A stretch of 63,397 bases of DNA, counting the filler, from Coriobacteriales bacterium (GTDB lineage Bacteria > Actinomycetota > Coriobacteriia > Coriobacteriales > UBA8131), in NCBI GenBank assembly GCA_031263105.1. It is 7 parts of 7 records of this genome, joined end to end, with 100 filler letters (N's around TTAATTAATTAA, not from the genome) between each part and the next. Parts side by side here need not be neighbours in the genome. Positions count along the whole stretch, not along the records: positions 52,739 to 63,397 come from JAISGJ010000082.1; 6 more parts are not named here. One strand, given 5' to 3'. Of this stretch, positions 57,860 through 63,397 are shown piece after piece; the stretch's first letter is position 1, and the number at the start of each line of letters is the position of its first letter. The position numbers and the translations under genes were made by a program. The notes below the pieces were generated by a model. It did not search any database, was not told where the DNA came from, and saw only the letters and a program-made list of their open reading frames with translations.

Positions 57860-59131
57860 ATGAACATTCTCGTACTTGGCAGCGGCGGCCGGGAGCACGC
57901 CATCGTCGTCTCGCTGGCGGCCTCCCCGCTCAGCAGCACCGTCTTTGTGGCACCGGGCAACGGGGGCACGGCGTCGGCGGCGCGCAACGTTGCGCTCGAC
58001 ATGATGGACGCGCAGGCGGTCGTCGCCTTTGCCAAGGAGCACGGTGTGGGGCTTGTGGTCATCGGCCCCGAGGCCCCGTTGGTCGCCGGTGTGGGCGACG
58101 CGGTGCGCGAGGCGGGCATCGCCTGCTTCGGCCCGGGTGCAGCCGGTGCGCGCATGGAGGGCAGCAAGCGTTTCAGCAAGGAGTTCATGGGGCGCCATGG
58201 CATCCCCACGGCTGCCTTCGGTGCCTTCGACACCGCTGATGCCGCCCTTGCCTTCCTCGACGGGCGCGAGGCGCCCATCGTCGTCAAGGCGGACGGGCTT
58301 GCCGCCGGCAAGGGGGTGACGGTCGCCGCGACCATCGACGAGGCGACCGCAGCGGTGCGCGAGTGCTTCGCGGGACGCTTCGGCAAGGCGGGCGCGACCG
58401 TCGTCATCGAGGAGTGCATGGCGGGTCCCGAGTGCTCGCTTCTGGTGTTCACGGACGGACAGCGGGTGCTGCCCATGGCGCCCGCCCAGGACCACAAGCG
58501 CGCCCATGAGGGCGACACGGGCCCCAACACCGGCGGCATGGGGGTCTACTCCCCCGTGCCCCTCGTGACGGCGGACGAGTACGCCTGCATGCTCTCCTAC
58601 ATGGAGCGGACGGTCGCCGGTCTCGCGGCGGAGGGCATCGACTACCGGGGCGTGCTCTACGGCGGCTTCATGCTCACGCCCGAAGGCCCCAAGGTGCTGG
58701 AGTTCAACGCACGCTTCGGCGACCCCGAGACCCAGGTGCTCCTGCCGCGCCTGCGCTCCGACCTCGTCGAGGTCATGTACGCGGCCGCCCAGGGCGACCT
58801 CGGCGGCGTGGAGCTTGCGTGGGACGACGGCTGGGCGGTGAGCGTCGTGCTCGCGAGCGCCGGCTACCCGGGCACCTACGAGAAGGGCAAGGCCATCACC
58901 GGCATCGCGCCTGCCGAGGCGGTTCTGGGCGTGACGGTCTACCACGCCGGCACGAGGCTTGGCGAGGACGGCGTGCCCGTGACGGACGGCGGCCGCGTCC
59001 TCAACGTCACCGCGCTCGGCTCGAGCTTCGCCGAGGCGCGCACACGGGCCTACGAGGCTGCCGACCTCATCTCCTTCGAAGGCAAATGGCTCCGCCGCGA
59101 CATCGGTGCCCGCATGCTCGCAGTGTCGTGA
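57860..59131 (+). CDS. purD: Phosphoribosylamine-glycine ligase
   Basis: GSGGREHA, KADGLAAGKGV, QDHKR, EFNARFGDPETQ. Confidence 0.97.
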   Translation: MNILVLGSGGREHAIVVSLAASPLSSTVFVAPGNGGTASAARNVALDMMDAQAVVAFAKEHGVGLVVIGPEAPLVAGVGDAVREAGIACFGPGAAGARMEGSKRFSKEFMGRHGIPTAAFGAFDTADAALAFLDGREAPIVVKADGLAAGKGVTVAATIDEATAAVRECFAGRFGKAGATVVIEECMAGPECSLLVFTDGQRVLPMAPAQDHKRAHEGDTGPNTGGMGVYSPVPLVTADEYACMLSYMERTVAGLAAEGIDYRGVLYGGFMLTPEGPKVLEFNARFGDPETQVLLPRLRSDLVEVMYAAAQGDLGGVELAWDDGWAVSVVLASAGYPGTYEKGKAITGIAPAEAVLGVTVYHAGTRLGEDGVPVTDGGRVLNVTALGSSFAEARTRAYEAADLISFEGKWLRRDIGARMLAVS

Positions 59132-59384
59132 GGACAGGGCGACAGTGCAGGGCGATGGTAGTTGCCTCCAGCGTTACCCATGTTTGCGCCCCGCCCGCCC
59201 CGCTTTCCGAGTTGGGACGGACGGCATTTTGTATGTCTGCGGTTTGACGAGTTACGACTTCGTTCTCCTACTGAACTTTGATCGAAATTTTTTCAAAAAC
59301 TAGTTTGCCTCGGCGCAACAACTTCAATCTTCCTGGGAGCGGGTGTGCTGGTACTTAGGTGGATGACAGAGGGGGTGTCCCCTG

Positions 59385-59843
59385 TCAATCCACCATGTTT
59401 GTCTGTCTCATTGCCTGTAAAAGGTAGTCGAGGTCGGTCGCGAATCGTGGCTTGCCGTTACTTTCGTAGTCGTCAAGGTAGTTTTGGCAGGCAGTCACGA
59501 TACGTGCGGCGTTCTCGTCGATAATCCGCTGTATCTTCTCGTAATAGTCATTGCCTTCAGTGCGAAATCGTAGTTGAAGCCCCTTCGTAATAGGGAACAT
59601 CTTTATATAGTGAATGCCATGACGGTGCTTCGGTTTCGTGGTCGGCCTCGGAGGTAAGGCAAAGTACTGGCACTTGGGTACATTGGGAGCGATGTTCGAC
59701 CGCAGGGGCACTGCAAAATCGGCGTTCTCGTTTCTGAAGCGAAGCCTCAAAACCAAAACGCAGGGCCTTGCCGTCTTCCGCAGCAGCTCAGGGTCTTGGC
59801 TACAGATATCCAAGTAGCCCTTCTTGACTGAGACGATTCGCAT
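59385..59843 (-). CDS. Putative type III TA endoribonuclease toxin (ToxN/TenpN-like)
   Basis: 152 aa, lower GC; RPCVLVL..FAVPLRSNI..GIHYIKMFPI pattern; upstream RNA architecture. Confidence 0.7.
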   Translation of the reverse strand: MRIVSVKKGYLDICSQDPELLRKTARPCVLVLRLRFRNENADFAVPLRSNIAPNVPKCQYFALPPRPTTKPKHRHGIHYIKMFPITKGLQLRFRTEGNDYYEKIQRIIDENAARIVTACQNYLDDYESNGKPRFATDLDYLLQAMRQTNMVD

Positions 59844-59860
59844 GATGGCCTTTCGAGCAA

Positions 59861-59886
59861 GCGGGACCCATTTGCATGGATCCCGC
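59861..59886 (-). terminator. Terminator-like hairpin between antitoxin RNA and toxin
   Basis: GCGGGAUCCAU-GCAA-AUGGGUCCCGC, fully paired (one G-U) only on the minus strand; weak U tail. Confidence 0.7.
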
Positions 59887-59976
59887 TACACGTGAACGAT
59901 ATTCTACGCTTTCGCGCCCCGTCGTTCGCGGAGGCTACACATACACGTAAGCCGTATTCTGGTCGCGGCTTCCGAC
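59887..59976 (-). ncRNA. Putative antitoxin RNA, two tandem H-type pseudoknots
   Basis: Two units sharing AGAAUA loop and ACGUGUA tail with compensatory stem changes. Confidence 0.72.
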
Positions 59977-59982
59977 ATGCAA

Positions 59983-59991
59983 AGTCTAACA
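59983..59991 (-). promoter_or_regulatory. Extended -10 promoter for the RNA-toxin operon
   Basis: TGtTAGACT ending 6 nt before the first pseudoknot. Confidence 0.55.
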
Positions 59992-60036
59992 TGTTTTGGT
60001 ACTCCCGTGCGCTAGAAAGGGCATCTGGTTTTGGAT

Positions 60037-60198
60037 TCAGGGCGGGGTTTGCCGCTTTTCTTCATCCTGCTCAGAAAAGTAGAAGTTGAATACTGAGGTT
60101 TCTATGTATATTTTAAGGTCACACGAGTACCCGATCACGTCGCCCTGTGCGTCAGTCACCTCGTAGTCCTCAAGCAGGCTGTTGTTCAGCGGGCGCAT
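60037..60198 (-). pseudogene. Short ORF ending in a PIN-domain-like N-terminal fragment
   Basis: LKIYIETSVFNFYFSE then early stop; upstream TGgTATCAT and GAAAGGGA. Confidence 0.45.
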
Positions 60199-60317
60199 GA
60201 ACTCAATTCCCTTTCTGCTTTCTTGCTTGCGCCAATGATACCACGCTGCGGGCAGCTTTTCGGCTTGAACCGACAGCAGGGCTGCCCTGCTTGCACGAGC
60301 CGTTACTGACAATATGA

Positions 60318-60561
60318 CCCACTGTCATCCCGACCCCCCACTGTCATCCCGACCCCCCACTGTCATTCCGACCCCCCACTGTCATCCCGACCCCCCACTG
60401 TCATTCCGACCCCCCACTGTCATCCCGAGCCCGCCGAGGGATCCTCGATCGCGCCAGCGGTCGACCGCAGGTCGAAGGGCCCTGCGACCTGCCGTTGGAC
60501 ACTGCGTGTCCAAGGATTCCTCGGCGGAGCTCGGAATGACAGTGGGGGTGTGAACTGTAAC
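60318..60561. repeat. Family A full copy with 19-nt tandem units
   Basis: (ccgaccccccactgtcaty)n, core, right arm. Confidence 0.9.
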
Positions 60562-60689
60562 GTCGAGTGGAGCTGCCCCGCTCAGATTGGCCTCCGCTCG
60601 CAATGTGCGGGCGGATGGGCTACAATAGCTCTGGGTTTTCGAAGCAGAAGCGCTACAGTCAGATGGTCGGTTACGAGGGGAAGCGGTAC

Positions 60690-61463
60690 ATGAAGGTAGT
60701 CATACTTGCAGGCGGGCTCGGGACGAGGATCTCGGAGGAGAGCCACCTGCGGCCCAAGCCGATGGTCGAGATCGGCGGCCTGCCGATACTGTGGCACATC
60801 ATGAAGATATACTCGCATTACGGGTTCCACGAGTTCGTCATCTGCGCGGGCTACCGCCAGTGGCTCATCAAGGAGTTCTTCGCGGACTACGCCCTGCGCA
60901 CCAGCGACGTGACCTTCGACTTCTCAAACGGCGGCGACCTGCGCGTGCACGGCAGCACCTCCGAGCCCTGGAAGGTCACCGTCGTGGACACGGGCCGCAA
61001 CACCATGACCGGCGGGCGCGTCAAGCGCGTCAGGCCCTTCGTCGGGGACGAGGCCTTCATGCTCACCTACGGCGACGGGGTCGCCGACGTGGACGTCCCG
61101 GCCCTGCTTGCCTTCCACAGGTCGCACGGCAAGATGGTCACGCTCACCGGCGTGAACGTGACGCAGCGCTTCGGGGTGCTGGATGTGCTGCAGGGCGGCG
61201 AGATCGCGTCGTTCCGAGAGAAGCACGACTCGGATAAGGGCGTCATCAACGGCGGCTTCATGGTGATGGAGCCGGAGATATTCACAGTCATAAAGGGGGA
61301 CGCCGAGGTCCTCGAGGAGGGCGCGCTCGAGACCCTCGCGAGGCAGGGGGAGCTGATGGCGTACCGCCACCCGGGCTTCTGGGAGTGCATGGACACCCAG
61401 CGCGACCGGAGCCACCTGGAGGCCCTCTGGGAGAGCGGGGAGGCGCCGTGGAAGCTGTGGTGA
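60690..61463 (+). CDS. rfbF: Glucose-1-phosphate cytidylyltransferase
   Basis: ILAGGLGTRISEES, KPMVEIGG, TMTGGR, TYGDG, FWECMDT. Confidence 0.95.
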   Translation: MKVVILAGGLGTRISEESHLRPKPMVEIGGLPILWHIMKIYSHYGFHEFVICAGYRQWLIKEFFADYALRTSDVTFDFSNGGDLRVHGSTSEPWKVTVVDTGRNTMTGGRVKRVRPFVGDEAFMLTYGDGVADVDVPALLAFHRSHGKMVTLTGVNVTQRFGVLDVLQGGEIASFREKHDSDKGVINGGFMVMEPEIFTVIKGDAEVLEEGALETLARQGELMAYRHPGFWECMDTQRDRSHLEALWESGEAPWKLW

Positions 61464-61466
61464 GGG

Positions 61467-61499
61467 GCCTGGCCCCCTCCCGACGGCAGGGGGCCAGGC
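61467..61499. terminator. Hairpin between convergent rfbF and zeta toxin
   Basis: gcctggccccct..agggggccaggc. Confidence 0.55.
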
Positions 61500-61516
61500 G
61501 CACGGTACCTTTGATT

Positions 61517-62434
61517 TCAGGGGACTTCTCCTTTCTGAGGAGTCCGTAGGACACCGTCGGTGCCTGTCCTTGATAAATCGGCCTCAAGCACCGGTCCTGT
61601 GGTGCTGCTGGTCGTTTTGAAGAGCTGGTATCGACTGACGACCGGGCAGCTATCGGCAATCATTCGGGCAATATGTGCGGACACTGCCTTGCCGTCAGCA
61701 TTGAAGACACCCCGGATATACTCGCTCGGCACCCATCTGCCGCCGAAACCCTCGCCCGTTTCGAGTGCCAGCTCATAAGCCTGCACCCAGCGCTTGGTGA
61801 CCCGTGCCTTCGATATCCCCATCGATGCCTCGACATCGATGATGCGTATGTCGTATCCGTGGTCGTCGAGTTGACGTACCAGTCGTTGTGCGCTGCCAGC
61901 GTTTGCAAGGACGGTGTCGATTACCATGTTGCTCCCACTTTCCATAGCTTGGGTGCGAAGCCCTTGCGCTAGGAGTGACGACTCCTCGTGTACCAGCGAC
62001 GAGAGTTCAAGTGGAAAGAAGCGATGACCCTGGCCCTCCAGGTCGATAACTTCCCGAGGCTTTATGAAGCCCTCGTAACTGCCGTCCCTTATGGCTTCCT
62101 GGAGCAGCGCTACCTTGAAGGCATCGGCGTCTATGACCAAATATCCGTCTGACTCGTCTTGGAGAGTTGCGGCCACGAGGGAGCTCTTCCCCGCACCAGG
62201 CGGGCCGGCGAGGATGATGGCCCGATGGTTCGCGCCTACGTCGGCTGCAAGCCGAGCCTGCTCAAACAGCAAACTCCTGTGTAGCTTTAGGCGCTCTAAC
62301 GTCAAGTACTTGCCGTCCTGGAACCATTCGGGGTTACGTGTCGTTGCCGTCGAGGAGCCTGCGGAAAGCGGGCCATCTTTCCTGGACAGCATGCGGACGA
62401 GGTCGATATGCGCCTGGACCTCTGCAGCGTCCAC
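61517..62434 (-). CDS. Zeta toxin family P-loop kinase
   Basis: ILAGPPGAGKSS, IDADAFK, VHEES, IDTVL, GRWVP. Confidence 0.8.
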   Translation of the reverse strand: MDAAEVQAHIDLVRMLSRKDGPLSAGSSTATTRNPEWFQDGKYLTLERLKLHRSLLFEQARLAADVGANHRAIILAGPPGAGKSSLVAATLQDESDGYLVIDADAFKVALLQEAIRDGSYEGFIKPREVIDLEGQGHRFFPLELSSLVHEESSLLAQGLRTQAMESGSNMVIDTVLANAGSAQRLVRQLDDHGYDIRIIDVEASMGISKARVTKRWVQAYELALETGEGFGGRWVPSEYIRGVFNADGKAVSAHIARMIADSCPVVSRYQLFKTTSSTTGPVLEADLSRTGTDGVLRTPQKGEVP

Positions 62435-62437
62435 ATG

Positions 62438-62905
62438 TCAGCTTCTCTTTGACAGGTGTCCTAGCACCGTCTCATAGATATCGTTCTCGATGAGGCCCAT
62501 TATCGCCGCTCGCTCCACGTCGCGAAAAGAGCCCGGAGCATCGGAAATCAGCGCGTCGTAGCCGTCGGTCTGAGTCGGCTCGGCATACTCCCACTTAACG
62601 AGCTGGTCAAGCAGCTGCTTCCTCTGAAGCTCGCCGACGCTGTAGCGCTGGCAGATCTCAAAGGGCGTGGCCCCTGCGAACCCGTCCCTCGGGTCGTCTA
62701 CGTCTCTGGCCCTCCTGACGGCATAGGAGACGGACGGCTGAGTGATTCCGAGTGTCTCGGCGAGCTCGACCTGGCTGAGCACCCCGGTGCCCTCGACGTG
62801 CTTTACCGCCCTCTTGTACTCGATTTCTGCGATTTCGCGAAGGACGCGCTTCCTGCGCACCTCTCGCCTCGCTGCCTCTTTGGCATCCGAGGGAGACGAC
62901 TTCAT
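62438..62905 (-). CDS. HTH protein, putative cognate antitoxin
   Basis: SQVELAETLGITQPSVS HTH; 3 nt upstream of toxin. Confidence 0.7.
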   Translation of the reverse strand: MKSSPSDAKEAARREVRRKRVLREIAEIEYKRAVKHVEGTGVLSQVELAETLGITQPSVSYAVRRARDVDDPRDGFAGATPFEICQRYSVGELQRKQLLDQLVKWEYAEPTQTDGYDALISDAPGSFRDVERAAIMGLIENDIYETVLGHLSKRS

Positions 62906-62954
62906 CTTCGCCGTAGGTATGGCTCACCTCCTGTAGGCATATCCGTACAATAAG

Positions 62955-62982
62955 ATTATAGACATATCTATAGGAAGTGCAA
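62955..62982 (-). promoter_or_regulatory. Promoter with palindromic operator
   Basis: TTGCAC-N16-TATAAT overlapped by TATAGA-N4-TCTATA (62957-62972). Confidence 0.65.
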
Positions 62983-63007
62983 TAGGTGCGTGCCCGATGC
63001 CACACAC

Positions 63008-63397
63008 GGTCACCGTCGTGGACACGGGCCGCAGCACCATGGCCGGCGGGCGCGTCAGGCGCATCAGGCCCTTCGTCGGCGACGAGGCCTTCATGCTCAC
63101 CTACGGCGGCGGGGTCGCCGACGTGGACGTCCCGGCGCTGCTGGCCTTCCACCGCTCGCACGGCAGGACGGCCACGCTCACCGGCGTGAGCGTGGCGCAG
63201 CGCTTCGGGGTGCTGGACGTGCTGCCCGGCGGCGGGGTCGCGTCGTTCCGCGAGAAGCACGGCTCGGACGGGGGCATGATCAACGGCGGCTTCATGGTGA
63301 TGGAGCCGGGGATGTTCTCGCTTATCAAGGGGGACGACGAGGTCCTCGAGGAGGGCGCGCTCGAGACCCTCGCGAGGCAGGGGGAGCTGATGGCGTA
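63008..63397 (+). pseudogene. 5'-truncated diverged second copy of rfbF
   Basis: Colinear with 60974-61363, roughly 91% identical; YGDG changed to YGGG; runs off the window. Confidence 0.85.

Noticed and set aside
59132..59384. Lower-GC intergenic stretch after purD as ncRNA or att site
   Set aside because: No convincing structure, repeat or ORF found by eye apart from a short GACAG..CTGTC hairpin
60974..63397. rfbF pair as a DGR template/variable repeat
   Set aside because: Changes include T>C and other non-A substitutions, A changes are mostly to G, and no reverse transcriptase is visible

Overview
High-GC bacterial DNA, most likely a Coriobacteriia/Eggerthellaceae-like anaerobe (inferred from the multi-TM LuxR regulator, Tat flavoprotein, molybdoenzymes and ccm cluster). 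The window is seven contigs joined by artificial 100-nt N/TTAATTAATTAA linkers, so adjacency across linkers is meaningless. Content: xth, two ABC systems, Tat FAD oxidoreductase plus LysR, BioB-like radical SAM, iscS, a large sortase-type surface protein split at a G18 tract, a diguanylate cyclase, ECF module, ccmEFABCD, two Rrf2 regulators, accA-fabH-fabK-fabG-fabF, DMSO-reductase accessory genes, hisDCBHA, rpoD, mrp, a cytoplasmic Mo-bisPGD enzyme, dinG, purD and rfbF. There are six toxin-antitoxin-like loci (three with visibly dead toxins) and about 16 copies of a palindromic MITE/REP-like element. The best candidate for a new system is a type III (RNA antitoxin) TA locus at 59385-59991 (minus strand): a ToxN/TenpN-like protein preceded by an extended -10 promoter, two sequence-divergent but structurally covarying H-type pseudoknots and a terminator-like hairpin. 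All calls come from reading motifs by eye; no searches were run and counts are hand counts.
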